Positions 30,463-41,528 of a DNA stretch of 64,000 bases are shown piece after piece. Under the pieces are notes generated by a model. It worked only from the letters and a program-made list of their open reading frames with translations. It did no database searches and had not been told where the DNA came from. Positions within the stretch are counted from its first letter, which is position 1; each line of letters opens with the position of its first letter. Source of the stretch: Nitrospirota bacterium (GTDB lineage Bacteria > Nitrospirota > UBA9217); contig OY760142.1 in assembly GCA_963663225.1 (NCBI GenBank), positions 2,784,001 through 2,848,000 of the forward strand, given 5' to 3'. The position numbers were made by a program, and so were the translations under genes.

Positions 30463-30913
30463 TTATTGCTCAGATTGATCAACAGAGGCCAGACCACAAG
30501 GCACCTGTGCCGGGGCTGGCCTCTGTTGGTTCTTCCTTGGGCAATCATTGTTTAATTTCATCAGCCGCCTTTCTTCGATAATGAAGATTTTTGCTTCTCC
30601 ATAGCCTAACTTAAAGTCTTTCTTTATCTCTTGTATCGCTTTTGCCTTATTACCATTACAGCCATTGTTCAGGTGCTCTTGGTATTTCATAAATACTTTT
30701 ATTGATTCTTCCTTGAATTTTTCCTGTCGTTTTTTTCTATCTTATTCGTTGTGAGCTGCGTCTATAGCGCGGGCGTGAATGACCTTTGTTTGTATCTCTC
30801 TGGCAACGTCTAAAAGAGTCGATAAAACGTAAACAATTGGCTATGGTTTTGTCTGTGGCGATCGTTATTTTGCCGTTTTCGCGATTTATGGTGAAAATCT
30901 GGGTAGGGTGCAT
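30463..30913 (-). pseudogene. Decayed orphan gene (about 150 codons) next to dif
   Basis: AGGAAGG RBS and ATG at 30913 (MHPTQIFT...). An apparent frameshift near 30812-30816 enters a frame reading LDVAREIQTKVIHARAIDAAHNE*DRKKRQEKFKEESIKVFMKYQEHL..., continuous with ORF 30463-30690. Premature TAA at 30742-30744. Confidence 0.5.
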
Positions 30914-30963
30914 GGTTTTTCCTTCCTGATTGTTCCCGGAGTTTGTAACACCTCGCATGCACG

Positions 30964-30991
30964 ATTTGACATAATATACATTATCAGACAA
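30964..30991 (-). other. dif site (XerCD chromosome dimer resolution site)
   Basis: Minus strand TTGTCTGATAA-TGTATA-TTATGTCAAAT versus E. coli GGTGCGCATAA-TGTATA-TTATGTTAAAT: identical spacer, XerD arm 10/11. Non-coding location where gene orientations converge. Confidence 0.85.
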
Positions 30992-31101
30992 TATTTAATC
31001 TACACAAAAGAGTTAGGTCTGTATGGTTAACTTATTGTTTTATTGTGCGATATTATTTTACTTGCCTGCGATAGGTTGGTGATAATTGATGAAGAAAAGA
31101 A

Positions 31102-31713
31102 CTATTTGCTGCCAATTTTTGGTTCGGTTCCTGCCAGTAAACGCTTTATGTTCTCGCGATGCCGGTAGTAAATAAGGCCGAATAAGAAGACTGACAGCAG
31201 TTGGTAAGGTCTTGCATCAACAGTTGATGAGGCGGTAGTCGCAAAAATCATTACAGGATACGATATATAGGATACCAGTGCGGCAAGTGACGAATAACGC
31301 CAGATAAGCGCGGCAGCAAGCCATACAATAAGCGCAATGAAACCTAACCAGGGCGATACGGCAAGCATTACACCATAACCCGTGGCTACGCCTTTCCCGC
31401 CTTTAAAATTAAGATATATTGGGAAATTATGTCCAAGAACCGCAGCCGCGCCGGCAAATACGATTACGTAATCCGCCTGAAATAACAGTTTGGCGGCCAA
31501 AACAGGCAAAAATCCTTTCAAAGCATCCGCAAGCAGGGTCAGCAATGCTGCGATTCTTCCGGAAGCCCGCAGGACATTCGTAGCGCCAATATTGCCGCTT
31601 CCCACGCTTCGGACGTCCACGCGCGAAAACATTTTGCTGAAAATAAGCCCGAATGGAACAGCGCCAAGAAGATAAGAAGCTGCTATTAAAATGATTTGAT
31701 AGATGGTTTCCAT
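31102..31713 (-). CDS. plsY: Glycerol-3-phosphate acyltransferase PlsY
   Basis: GSGNIGATNVLR, DALKG, GHNFPIYLNFKGGKGVAT, RHRENIKRL. Confidence 0.96.
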   Translation of the reverse strand: METIYQIILIAASYLLGAVPFGLIFSKMFSRVDVRSVGSGNIGATNVLRASGRIAALLTLLADALKGFLPVLAAKLLFQADYVIVFAGAAAVLGHNFPIYLNFKGGKGVATGYGVMLAVSPWLGFIALIVWLAAALIWRYSSLAALVSYISYPVMIFATTASSTVDARPYQLLSVFLFGLIYYRHRENIKRLLAGTEPKIGSK

Positions 31714-31730
31714 AGGCAGAATAATCGAAG

Positions 31731-32273
31731 CTAACCCAATTGTTCTCCGTATTTTTTGAAATATTGAGCAGCAGAATAGAGAGACAAAATCATTGCTATT
31801 CCCAGTGCATACCAGCCGATACCATTTAATAATGCTGTGTGTTGGTAATAATTCAGAAGCAGCGCGATAACCGCGGTGGTTTGGGCAACCACTTTGTATT
31901 TACCTAGGGACTCTGCCGGAATGACCATGCCTTCGCTGGCAGCTATCGAACGAAGACCGGTAACGGCGAATTCTCGCCCGATGAATACGATTGCTATCCA
32001 CGCTCGTATCACATCGATTTCGACGAGAATCACCAGCGCGGACATGATCAATATTTTATCTGCAACGGGATCCAGAAGCTTGCCGATTTTTGTTACCTGG
32101 CCCCACCTTCTCGCCAGATAACCGTCCAGCCAATCAGTTGCAGAAGCAAACGAAAATACGATGCCTGCAATCAGGGCCCTGAGAGGATCCCGTTCGAGCA
32201 TAAGCACGACAAAAACAGGCACCGCAAGGATTCTGCTGAGTGAAAGCAGATTAGGTATATTGAAAATGTTCAT
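31731..32273 (-). CDS. pgsA: CDP-diacylglycerol--glycerol-3-phosphate 3-phosphatidyltransferase
   Basis: NIPNLLSLSR, TDWLDGYLARR...GKLLDPVADK; start at 32273 is coupled (ATGA) to the upstream gene. Confidence 0.95.
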   Translation of the reverse strand: MNIFNIPNLLSLSRILAVPVFVVLMLERDPLRALIAGIVFSFASATDWLDGYLARRWGQVTKIGKLLDPVADKILIMSALVILVEIDVIRAWIAIVFIGREFAVTGLRSIAASEGMVIPAESLGKYKVVAQTTAVIALLLNYYQHTALLNGIGWYALGIAMILSLYSAAQYFKKYGEQLG

Positions 32274-33172
32274 GGTTGCCTCCTCCACCTGCGGTGCATC
32301 CAAACCCATTGCTCGGGATTGTTCCGTATGCAATTTTCGATCATTTTGGTCAACAGGGCTGTATTGGTCAATATATCAATCTCATCATTTCCGGTCCGGA
32401 CGAGGTCAAGAGGACCTTCAATATTGCCGATATGCTTATTGTCTTTCGTACGATACGTATGGCCAAAAACAATCGGCGCGCCAAACTTTATTGCCATAGA
32501 GGCTGCGGCAGCAGGCGTCCAGGCTTGCCTGCCCATAAAATCAACGAAAACACCTTCGACATCCGTATCTTGATCTATTAAAACAGCCAGAACACGGTTT
32601 TCCTTGAATATCCTGATCAGCTCTCTCGCTGCCCCTGTTCCGCCGCGCACAATAGTTTTCACTCCCATGCGGGCGCGGAGATCCACAATCATGTCATTGA
32701 CTTCTTGCGGCCTGATCGGTGCTGCGATCACGCTGAGCGGGAAACCATGAGCCACGCCGGAGTAGGCCATAAGCTCCCAATTGCCGATATGGCCGGTAAC
32801 ATAAATCGCCCCTTTCCCCTGTTGAAGCGCAGCACGAGCTGCCTCTTCGCCATGCATCTCAAAAACGTTTTCCAGACGACGAGGGGTTATCAGTGCAATT
32901 TCAAATACTGCTTTGCCGAGGTGGATAAAACTGCGTCGCGCCGTACGGACTATCCAGCGCTGTTCTTTTTCAGGAAATGCAGCTGTCAAATGAGCGATTG
33001 TTCGTTTTCTCTCGCGGGGAAGCAGATAATAGGTAAAGAATCCTAGTATCCCTCCCAATCGCACTCCCAGATGGTATGGAACAAACAGGGAGGAGAGCTT
33101 GGCCGCTCTGGAAAACCATATCAGAAATTGGAATTCCGCCCATTTTCGTATCTTAGTGATCCGTTCTTTCAT
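32270..33172 (-). CDS. Lipid A late acyltransferase (LpxL/HtrB family)
   Basis: GHIGNWE, LIDQD, NPEQWVWMHRRWR. Confidence 0.9.
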   Translation of the reverse strand: MKERITKIRKWAEFQFLIWFSRAAKLSSLFVPYHLGVRLGGILGFFTYYLLPRERKRTIAHLTAAFPEKEQRWIVRTARRSFIHLGKAVFEIALITPRRLENVFEMHGEEAARAALQQGKGAIYVTGHIGNWELMAYSGVAHGFPLSVIAAPIRPQEVNDMIVDLRARMGVKTIVRGGTGAARELIRIFKENRVLAVLIDQDTDVEGVFVDFMGRQAWTPAAAASMAIKFGAPIVFGHTYRTKDNKHIGNIEGPLDLVRTGNDEIDILTNTALLTKMIENCIRNNPEQWVWMHRRWRRQP

Positions 33173-33173
33173 G

Positions 33174-33710
33174 CTATATGTGCAGCTTATTCTGATTTTT
33201 GAGGAGGAGGTTAATGAATTCACGCACCGCTCCCCTCCCCCCCGAGGTTTTCATGACTACATCGACAAACGGTTGTATGAAGGGATCGGAATCAGAAACC
33301 GTTGCGGCAATGCCGACGCGGCGAAATATGGAAAGGTCGACCACATCATCACCCATATATGCAACTTCGTCGTCCTGCAGATGGTATTTTTCAATGAGGG
33401 ACTCATAAACGCTGATTTTGTCGTGTACGCCTTGATGCACTTCCTGAATGCCAAGCTCTTGTGCGCGGAGGCTTACAACGTTTGATTTTCTGCCTGTAAT
33501 GATTCCAATGGTGATGCCTGCTTTTTGGGCAAGCTTGATGCCGTGGCCATCACGTACATGGAAAGCTTTTAATTCGTTTCCGTGATTGTCCAGAATTATC
33601 CTGCCATCGGTTAAAACGCCGTCAACATCCAGCAGAAGAAGTTTGATCTTCTTTGTTTTTAGTCGAAGGCTTTGTTTTATTTTTGTCATCAGTTGTTTAT
33701 CTCGCGCCAA
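33174..33710 (-). CDS. kdsC: KDO-8-phosphate phosphatase
   Basis: LDVDGVLTDG, FHVRDGHG, YMGDDVVD, GGRGAVRE. Confidence 0.93.
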   Translation of the reverse strand: MARDKQLMTKIKQSLRLKTKKIKLLLLDVDGVLTDGRIILDNHGNELKAFHVRDGHGIKLAQKAGITIGIITGRKSNVVSLRAQELGIQEVHQGVHDKISVYESLIEKYHLQDDEVAYMGDDVVDLSIFRRVGIAATVSDSDPFIQPFVDVVMKTSGGRGAVREFINLLLKNQNKLHI

Positions 33711-33735
33711 AATTTTAAGTCGGCAATCGTTTTAC

Positions 33736-34704
33736 TTAAACTATTCCTGCCTTTAAAAGGTCATGGAGATGGATCACTCCTTCTGGTTTTGCATCGCTGG
33801 CGGCAACAATAAGGCAGGTAATGGAATTTTTTTCCATCATCGATACTGCTTCCGCTGCCAGAGCCCCTTGCTGGATAATCTTGGGGTTCTTCGTCATGAT
33901 GTCTTCAGCTTTTTTTGTCAGCAGGTTTTCCCCTGCTTTTTCGGTTTTCTCCATCCAGCGGCGCAGATCGCCGTCTGAAATTATTCCGACCAGATGTCCT
34001 GATGCATTTACCACTGCTGTAACGCCCATCTTTTTTGACGATATCTCGTAGATTGCATCCTTGATCAGCGTTTTTTCCAAAACCATGGGGACGGCATCTC
34101 CTGTATGCATTAAGTCACGTACTCGAAGGAGCAATCTTTTCCCCAGCGCACCTCCAGGATGAAAACAGGCAAAATCCTCTTCTTTAAAACCGCGTTTTTC
34201 CAGAAGAACGACTGCTAATGCGTCTCCCATGGCAAGTGTTGCCGTCGTGCTTGCCGTTGGTGCGAGACCAAGAGGACAGGCCTCTTCCTTGACGCCGACG
34301 TTGATCACGATATCGCTGTTTTTTGCAAGGGTAGAGTCCGGATTTCCAGTTAATGAGATTATTTTAATGTCGAGCCGTTTGAGTGAAGGCAGCATACGGG
34401 AGATTTCTTCTGTTTCCCCGCTGTTGGACAACGCGATGACGATATCTCCCCGTGTAACCATTCCCAAATCTCCGTGAATACCTTCGGCCGGATGAAGAAA
34501 CAGCGCGGGAGTCCCGGTGGATGCCAGCGTGGCTGAAATTTTCTTGCCGATCAGCCCGGACTTCCCCATTCCGGTCACCACAACGCGGCCCGTGCAGCTG
34601 AGAATCATCTCTACTGCCAGTTCAAACTGTTCATCAACACGTTCTATAAGTGCTGTGACAGCATCAGCTTCTATTTGCAGAACTCTTTTTCCCTGTTCTT
34701 TCAT
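33736..34704 (-). CDS. kdsD: Arabinose-5-phosphate isomerase (KpsF/GutQ family)
   Basis: GMGKSGLIG SIS domain, HGDLG, HPGGALG, CBS pair. Confidence 0.95.
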   Translation of the reverse strand: MKEQGKRVLQIEADAVTALIERVDEQFELAVEMILSCTGRVVVTGMGKSGLIGKKISATLASTGTPALFLHPAEGIHGDLGMVTRGDIVIALSNSGETEEISRMLPSLKRLDIKIISLTGNPDSTLAKNSDIVINVGVKEEACPLGLAPTASTTATLAMGDALAVVLLEKRGFKEEDFACFHPGGALGKRLLLRVRDLMHTGDAVPMVLEKTLIKDAIYEISSKKMGVTAVVNASGHLVGIISDGDLRRWMEKTEKAGENLLTKKAEDIMTKNPKIIQQGALAAEAVSMMEKNSITCLIVAASDAKPEGVIHLHDLLKAGIV

Positions 34705-35522
34705 TGTTTTATAATCCTGTCTATTTCCTTTACTTGTTTAAGTAATGCTGGCAGTTCACCAAGACCCATCATGTTTGGTCCGTCGCAAAGCGCTTTTTCT
34801 GGACAGGCATGCACTTCCATGAACAGAGCATCAATTCCAACGGCGGCAGCGGCCCTGGTCAGATGCGGAACAAACTTCCGGTCTCCTGATGAAGCACTGC
34901 CGCCTGCACCCGGCAGTTGGACTGAATGGGTGGCGTCAAATACGACGGGAAAACCAAATCCGCGTATTATAGGCAACGCACGCATGTCTGCAACCAGATT
35001 GTTGTAACCGAACGACACGCCCCGTTCCGTAATAAGCACATTCTGGTTTCCGGTAGAAGTCGCTTTTTCAGCTGCATTTTTTATGTCCCACGGGGCCAGA
35101 AACTGCCCTTTTTTAATATTTACCACCCTGCCTGTTTTTGCAACATCGATAACGAAGTCTGTCTGTCTGCAGAGAAAAGCGGGAATTTGGATAATATCCA
35201 ACACTTCCGCTGCCGGACCGATTTCCTCAAAACGATGCACATCCGATAGAAGCGGTATATCGAGCTCTTTCTTTACCCGGGCGAGTATACGAAGGCCCTC
35301 CTGCAAGCCTGGTCCTCGAAATGATTTCACAGAACTTCGATTCGCCTTGTCGAATGATGATTTGAAAATAAATGGAATATCCAGCCCAGCGGTGATTCGT
35401 TTCAGCCGCGATGCAGCCTCCAGGGTTGAATCTTCTGATTCAATCACACAGGGGCCCGCAATCAACACAAACGGATTATTGCCGCCGATCTTGACGTTTT
35501 TTAACTGAATTTCACGCGTCAT
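34701..35522 (-). CDS. kdsA: KDO-8-phosphate synthase
   Basis: [33 protein letters not shown]. Confidence 0.97.
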   Translation of the reverse strand: MTREIQLKNVKIGGNNPFVLIAGPCVIESEDSTLEAASRLKRITAGLDIPFIFKSSFDKANRSSVKSFRGPGLQEGLRILARVKKELDIPLLSDVHRFEEIGPAAEVLDIIQIPAFLCRQTDFVIDVAKTGRVVNIKKGQFLAPWDIKNAAEKATSTGNQNVLITERGVSFGYNNLVADMRALPIIRGFGFPVVFDATHSVQLPGAGGSASSGDRKFVPHLTRAAAAVGIDALFMEVHACPEKALCDGPNMMGLGELPALLKQVKEIDRIIKQ

Positions 35523-37183
35523 GATTTTGCTCTTTTCTCTTTATACGTAAGCGCGGCCGCTATGAACGCGGTAAAAAGTGGATGAGGTCTGCGTGGAGTT
35601 GATTTAAATTCAGGATGGAACTGGCATCCTAAAAACCAAGGATGATCCTTGAGCTCCGTGATTTCAACCAGGTCTCCGTCCGGTGATGTTCCACTGATTA
35701 TCAGTCCCGCTTGCTTCAGCGCATCGAGGTATTTGTTGTTAAATTCATACCGATGACGATGGCGTTCCGATATTTCGTCTTTTCCGTACGCCTGATACGC
35801 AAAAGTATTCTTTTCGATTCTGCAAGGATATGCGCCTAAACGCATGCTTCCACCCTTGTCACTCGTCATGTCTCTTTTTTGAATCGTTTGGGTTCGGTAA
35901 TCGTACCACTGCTCAATCAGATAAATGACCGGATGCGGAGTTTTCTGATTGAACTCTTCACTGTTGGCATATTCAAGGTGTGCGAGATTTCGTGCAATTT
36001 CTATAACAGCGCACTGCATACCAAGACAGATGCCGAAGTATGGTACCTTGTTTTCCCTGGCGTATCTGACCGTGCTTATTTTTCCCTCAACGCCTCTGAT
36101 GCCAAACCCTCCCGGGACGAGAATGCCGTCCATACCCCGAAGCATTTCCTGCACTCCTTTGGTTTCGATATCTTCTGAGTCCGTCCAGCAGATGTTTATT
36201 TCCGCGTCATTGGCAATCCCGCCGTGCGTCAAGGCTTCACAAAGACTCTTGTAGGCTTCTTTCAGGTCCACATATTTCCCCACTAAGGCTATGTTGACTT
36301 GTTTTGAGGGATGCTTTATGCGTTCGACGATTGTTTCCCAAACTTTTAAATCGTTGTTTTTTGATGTTCTAATGTTCAGCACTTCAATAATACGTTCGTC
36401 GATTTTTTCTTCATGAAATGAAAGCGGCAGCTCATAAATTGTTTCAACATCCTGCGCAGTGATGACGGCATTTTCATCCACGTTGCAGAAAAGGGCAATT
36501 TTCCGTTTCATATCAGTAGGAATGGGACGATCACTCCTGCACACAAGAATATTCGGCTGAATCCCGATGGAAAGAAGTTCTTTGACGCTGTGCTGGGTCG
36601 GTTTTGTCTTCAGCTCTCCTGCCGCTTTGATGAAAGGGACCAGGGTAAGGTGGATATAGAGGACGTTCTCTCTCCCTAGACTGTATCGAAGCTGCCGGAT
36701 CGCTTCGAGAAACGGGAGGCTTTCTATATCGCCGATGGTGCCGCCGATCTCCACGATAACGACATCTTCGTCGTCAGCAAGGTCCGTGATTGCACGCTTA
36801 ATCTCATCGGTAATGTGCGGCACCACCTGGACCGTCCCTCCAAGGTAGTCGCCCCGCCTTTCCTTCGTGATCACATTATAGTAAATTCTGCCTGATGTAT
36901 AATTGTTTTTTTGCCCTGTCGTAACATTGGTATAGCGTTCATAATGCCCAAGATCCAGATCGGTCTCTGCCCCGTCGTCGGTCACATACACTTCTCCATG
37001 CTGAAACGGGCTCATCGTGCCCGGATCGACATTGATGTACGGATCAAGCTTCAGAAAAGTGACCTTGAGTCCGCGGGCCTCAAGAAGGGCCCCGATGGAG
37101 GCCGCAGCAAGGCCTTTCCCCAGGGAGGAAACCACACCACCAGTTACAAAAATGTATTTTGTCGCGGTTGTTTTCTTGTCCAT
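35519..37183 (-). CDS. pyrG: CTP synthase
   Basis: [34 protein letters not shown]. Confidence 0.98.
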   Translation of the reverse strand: MDKKTTATKYIFVTGGVVSSLGKGLAAASIGALLEARGLKVTFLKLDPYINVDPGTMSPFQHGEVYVTDDGAETDLDLGHYERYTNVTTGQKNNYTSGRIYYNVITKERRGDYLGGTVQVVPHITDEIKRAITDLADDEDVVIVEIGGTIGDIESLPFLEAIRQLRYSLGRENVLYIHLTLVPFIKAAGELKTKPTQHSVKELLSIGIQPNILVCRSDRPIPTDMKRKIALFCNVDENAVITAQDVETIYELPLSFHEEKIDERIIEVLNIRTSKNNDLKVWETIVERIKHPSKQVNIALVGKYVDLKEAYKSLCEALTHGGIANDAEINICWTDSEDIETKGVQEMLRGMDGILVPGGFGIRGVEGKISTVRYARENKVPYFGICLGMQCAVIEIARNLAHLEYANSEEFNQKTPHPVIYLIEQWYDYRTQTIQKRDMTSDKGGSMRLGAYPCRIEKNTFAYQAYGKDEISERHRHRYEFNNKYLDALKQAGLIISGTSPDGDLVEITELKDHPWFLGCQFHPEFKSTPRRPHPLFTAFIAAALTYKEKRAKS

Positions 37184-37190
37184 GATACAC

Positions 37191-37964
37191 TCAGCTTTCT
37201 TCAAGATGCTTCAGTATTTTACTCAAATCACCGGGGATGTCAACCCCGAAGGAATCGTACTGGGTAACCACAGTCTTTATTTTATGACCATACTCGAGCG
37301 CACGCAGCTGTTCGAGCTTCTCCGTGGTTTCAAGCACCGTCTGGGGCATGCGGGCATATTGTAAAAGAAAATCCTTGCGATAAACGTACAAACCGATATG
37401 CTTATAAAGCGGTTTTGTTACCGTCAGCTCATTCCAGGAGCTTTTTCCCGCCCATCCGTCCCGGTCCCAGGGAATGGGCGCCCGCGAGAAATACAGTGCG
37501 AATCCTTGTTTATCAAAGACCACCTTGACAACATTAGGATCAAACGCTTCTTCATGCAACAGTATTTTTTTGCAGAGCGTGCTCATAGGGATCGTGTGGT
37601 CGTCAAGGAGCGGCTGAATTGCCTGATCGATCATTTCCGGCTGGATCAGCGGTTCATCTCCTTGCACATTAACTATGATATCGCATCTGTATTTGCCTGC
37701 TACCTCGGCAATCCGGTCCGTCCCGGTAGTATGGTCCGGCGAAGTCATCATTGCCTCGCCTCCAAAGGACGATACAACCTGCTGAATGCGTTCATCATCG
37801 GTTGCAACAAGAACCGTACTGACCAACTTTGAACGTTTTGTACGTTCATACACCCATTGGATCATCGGTTTGTCCTTGATCATGGCAAGTGACTTCCCGG
37901 GAAAACGGGTAGATCCATATCGTGCCGGTATGACGGCCACTATTGCAGCATCCATGTTTTTCAT
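37191..37964 (-). CDS. kdsB: CMP-KDO synthetase
   Basis: [37 protein letters not shown]. Confidence 0.97.
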   Translation of the reverse strand: MKNMDAAIVAVIPARYGSTRFPGKSLAMIKDKPMIQWVYERTKRSKLVSTVLVATDDERIQQVVSSFGGEAMMTSPDHTTGTDRIAEVAGKYRCDIIVNVQGDEPLIQPEMIDQAIQPLLDDHTIPMSTLCKKILLHEEAFDPNVVKVVFDKQGFALYFSRAPIPWDRDGWAGKSSWNELTVTKPLYKHIGLYVYRKDFLLQYARMPQTVLETTEKLEQLRALEYGHKIKTVVTQYDSFGVDIPGDLSKILKHLEES

Positions 37965-38908
37965 GAGCTGGCGCCCTGCGCGCTAATTTCCTGTTTAAAA
38001 AAATTGATTGTTTTTTGAATGCCTTCGTCAACGGAAACTTTTGGTTTCCACCCAAGTTTGTTCCAGGCGAGCGTGATATCGGGCCTCCGCTGCGCCGGAT
38101 CATCTGGAGGAAGAGGATTATGAGTGATTTTTGATTTTGAACCGGTCATGGCGATGATTTTTTTTGCCAGATCCAAGATGGTATATTCCTCCGGATTGCC
38201 GATGTTTACCGGGCCGGTGAAATTCTCGCTGTCCATCATTGTTATCATTCCATCTATGAGATCGTCCACATAGCAGAAAGACCGGGTCTGGGCACCCTGG
38301 CCATATACTGTTATATTTTCACCCCGCAGCGCCTGAACGATAAAGTTGCTCACTACGCGGCCGTCATTCATCAGCATGCGCGGACCGTAGGTATTGAAAA
38401 TACGGATGATCTTAACATCCACGCCGTTCTGCCGGTGATAGTCCATCATCAAGGTTTCCGCCACGCGCTTGCCTTCGTCATAGCAGCTTCTGATTCCAAT
38501 GGGGTTCACATTGCCCCAGTATTCTTCTTTTTGAGGATGCATCGCCGGATCACCGTACACTTCTGAGGTGGACGCAAAAAGGATCCTGGCTTTTACCCGC
38601 TTGGCGATTCCAAGCATGTTTATGGAGCCTAAAATGTTGGTTTTAATAGTTTTTACGGGATTATATTGATAGTGAATGGGCGAAGCCGGACAGGCCAGAT
38701 GATAGATTCTGTCGACTTCCAGCAGGATCGGCTGCGTTACATCATGACGTATAAGTTCGAAGCCGAGATTTCCGATCAGATGCTGGACATTTTTTTTCCT
38801 TCCGGTAAAAAAATTATCGAGACAGAGTACTTCATGGCCTTTTGAAAGCAGACGTTCACAGAGATGTGATCCCAGAAAGCCTGCTCCGCCGGTAACCAGT
38901 ATTCGCAT
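37961..38908 (-). CDS. UDP-glucuronate decarboxylase (UDP-xylose synthase)
   Basis: [35 protein letters not shown]. Confidence 0.93.
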   Translation of the reverse strand: MRILVTGGAGFLGSHLCERLLSKGHEVLCLDNFFTGRKKNVQHLIGNLGFELIRHDVTQPILLEVDRIYHLACPASPIHYQYNPVKTIKTNILGSINMLGIAKRVKARILFASTSEVYGDPAMHPQKEEYWGNVNPIGIRSCYDEGKRVAETLMMDYHRQNGVDVKIIRIFNTYGPRMLMNDGRVVSNFIVQALRGENITVYGQGAQTRSFCYVDDLIDGMITMMDSENFTGPVNIGNPEEYTILDLAKKIIAMTGSKSKITHNPLPPDDPAQRRPDITLAWNKLGWKPKVSVDEGIQKTINFFKQEISAQGASS

Positions 38909-39007
38909 GTACTTCTCCTTTTAGGCATCATAAAAGCTGCTTTGCTCAGAAGTCACTTCTGGAATGATCAATATAATTGCGCTATCCAAGCAGCGTGATT
39001 ACCGTGC

Positions 39008-40342
39008 TTAATTTCTTCCAATTCCATAATACGTAAATCCAAGTTTGCGGAGGTCCTCTCGGTTATAGATATTCCTGCCGTCGAAAATAACCGGTTTATT
39101 CATCATACTCTTTATTTTATTAAAGTCGGGAGTGCGGAATTCATTCCATTCAGTCACGACTGCAAGCGCACTGGCCCCGCGGAGCGCATCATAACCGTCT
39201 TCCATGTAATTTATTCTTCGTCCGAATACCTTGCGCGCTTCCTCCATGGCGACAGGATCGTGAACGTTGATTACAGCACCGGCACGGAGAAGGCTGTTAA
39301 TAATTACGACGGACGGCGCTTCACGCATATCATCGGTCCGCGGCTTGAAAGAAAGCCCCCATAATGCAATCGTTTCGCCTGCGAGGGATCTTTTTCGTGC
39401 GGCACCTTTTTTCCTGCTTTTTTCTGCAAAATGGCGAAGAACCATTTGGGCAAGAAGCAATTTTTGCCGTTCATTCACAGCCTCGACGGCTTTTAAGACT
39501 TTTGCATCTACCTTGTGTTCCTGGGCGGTCTGTACAAGAGCCTTTACATCTTTCGGGAAACAGGACCCGCCGTACCCCACCCCAGGAAAAAGAAATTCAA
39601 AACCGATGCGCCGGTCGTATCCCATGCCCTTCCGTACATTATCGATATCAGCTCCCAGACTCGCGCAAATGACCGCCATTTCATTGATAAATGATATTTT
39701 CGTGGCCAGCATTGCATTCGAAGCGTATTTGCTCATTTCAGAGCTTCTGATGTCCATGACTAAAACAGGCTTTCCCGTGCGTACAAACGGTGCATACAAT
39801 TCCTGCATCAATGCAGCGGCTTTGGGGCTGTCAGTGCCGACTACGATACGATCGGGCTTCATGAAATCATCGATGGCGGCCCCTTCTTTCAGGAACTCAG
39901 GGTTTGATACTATGTCGAATTTGAATCTGGTCTTTGATTTCACCGCAGCTCTTACTTTGTCTGCCGTACCGACAGGAACTGTGCTTTTGTTAACGATTAC
40001 TTTATAGCCATTCATATTCTTACCGATCTCTTTAGCAGCAGCAATCACATATTTGAGGTCGGCAGAACCATCTTCGCCGGGAGGCGTGCCTACGGCAATG
40101 AAAATAATATCTGATTGTTTTACGGTTTTGGACATGTCTGTCGTAAAACTCAACCGCTCGTGGTCCATGTTGTGTTTGATAAGCTCTTCCAGGCCTGGTT
40201 CGTAAATAGGCACCAAGCCTGAATTCAGCATGTGAATTTTTCTTTCATCAATGTCCATACAAATAACATCGTTGCCGCTCTCTGCCAGACAGGTTCCTGT
40301 AACAAGTCCGACATATCCGGTTCCTATTACCGCGATCTTCAT
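39008..40342 (-). CDS. ugd: UDP-glucose 6-dehydrogenase
   Basis: GTGYVG, SNPEFLKEG, GYGGSCFPKD, SFKPRTDDMRE. Confidence 0.95.
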   Translation of the reverse strand: MKIAVIGTGYVGLVTGTCLAESGNDVICMDIDERKIHMLNSGLVPIYEPGLEELIKHNMDHERLSFTTDMSKTVKQSDIIFIAVGTPPGEDGSADLKYVIAAAKEIGKNMNGYKVIVNKSTVPVGTADKVRAAVKSKTRFKFDIVSNPEFLKEGAAIDDFMKPDRIVVGTDSPKAAALMQELYAPFVRTGKPVLVMDIRSSEMSKYASNAMLATKISFINEMAVICASLGADIDNVRKGMGYDRRIGFEFLFPGVGYGGSCFPKDVKALVQTAQEHKVDAKVLKAVEAVNERQKLLLAQMVLRHFAEKSRKKGAARKRSLAGETIALWGLSFKPRTDDMREAPSVVIINSLLRAGAVINVHDPVAMEEARKVFGRRINYMEDGYDALRGASALAVVTEWNEFRTPDFNKIKSMMNKPVIFDGRNIYNREDLRKLGFTYYGIGRN

Positions 40343-40354
40343 ATCTCTCCTCGT

Positions 40355-41488
40355 TTATTGTTTTCTTGAAGTATAATTTTTTTCGATCCAGGTGACATAA
40401 TCACCACTTCTAATGCTGTTAATCCAGTGTGCGTTGTTCAAAAACCATCCGATTGTGAACTGAATTCCTTCCTCGAACGTATGGCGTTGTTTCCATTCCA
40501 GCTCTTTTTTAATTTTATCGCAGTTAATGGCATATCTCCGGTCATGTCCGAGCCGATCACTGACAAAGGTTATCAGGTCCTGATACCGGGAAACATTTTG
40601 TGTGCGCGGATTTTTTTTTACCGGACAACGCTCTTCAAGAATATCGCAGACTATTTTCACAATCTCAATATTCTGTTTTTCGCATTCGCCTCCGACATTG
40701 TAGGTTTCACCCGGTTTACCGCCCGCAAGGATCAGCCATATGGCGCTGCAATGGTCTTCGACAAAAAGCCAGTCGCGGACGTTTTTCCCGTCGCCGTAAA
40801 CCGGCAGCGGTTTCCCTTCCATTGCATTCAGAATCATGAGAGGAATGAGCTTTTCCGGGAAATGATACGGTCCATAATTATTTGAGCAGTTGGAAATTGT
40901 AACCGGAAGATTATAGGTATGATAATATGCTCTGACCAGGTGGTCCGAAGCGGCCTTGGATGCAGAATAAGGGCTTCGGGGGTCGTAGGGGGTCGTCTCA
41001 TAAAAGTAGCCGGTGGCAGGAAGAGAACCATATACTTCATCCGTACTGATATGATGAAAGCGCACATCGGTTCTGCCGTTCCATTGCTGCCGTACCGCTT
41101 CCAGCAGGTTGAAGGTCCCTCCGATATTCGTTTCTACAAAATCCTTTGGACCGAATATGGAACGATCTACATGGCTTTCCGCCGCAAAGTGCACGACAAC
41201 GGTAATGTCGTATGTAGTCAGCATCCGAGTGACTTTTTCGTAGTCGCAGATGTCGCCCCGTTCGAAGAAATACCTTTTCCCGCCGAATTTCTCGTTGATG
41301 TCGGTCAAGTTAAGAAGATTTCCGGCATAGGTCAGCTTGTCGTAATTGATGATCCTGCCTTCAAAATTTGTTTTTTCCAGAACGTACCTGATGAAATTTG
41401 ATCCGATAAAACCTGCACCGCCGGTCACAAGAATATTTGAAGATTTCAAAACAGGTCCACTGGACTCTGATGCCTGACTGCTGTTCAT
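40355..41488 (-). CDS. rfbB: dTDP-glucose 4,6-dehydratase
   Basis: [33 protein letters not shown]. Confidence 0.96.
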   Translation of the reverse strand: MNSSQASESSGPVLKSSNILVTGGAGFIGSNFIRYVLEKTNFEGRIINYDKLTYAGNLLNLTDINEKFGGKRYFFERGDICDYEKVTRMLTTYDITVVVHFAAESHVDRSIFGPKDFVETNIGGTFNLLEAVRQQWNGRTDVRFHHISTDEVYGSLPATGYFYETTPYDPRSPYSASKAASDHLVRAYYHTYNLPVTISNCSNNYGPYHFPEKLIPLMILNAMEGKPLPVYGDGKNVRDWLFVEDHCSAIWLILAGGKPGETYNVGGECEKQNIEIVKIVCDILEERCPVKKNPRTQNVSRYQDLITFVSDRLGHDRRYAINCDKIKKELEWKQRHTFEEGIQFTIGWFLNNAHWINSIRSGDYVTWIEKNYTSRKQ

Positions 41489-41528
41489 GGATTCCCCTTC
41501 GCCGTATGTGTGATGATTATTGCAGGCA

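Noticed and set aside
30914-30991. N-terminal extension MSDNVYYVKS of ORF 30737-30991
   Set aside because: The TTG start lies inside the dif site. The RBS-supported start is the ATG at 30913.
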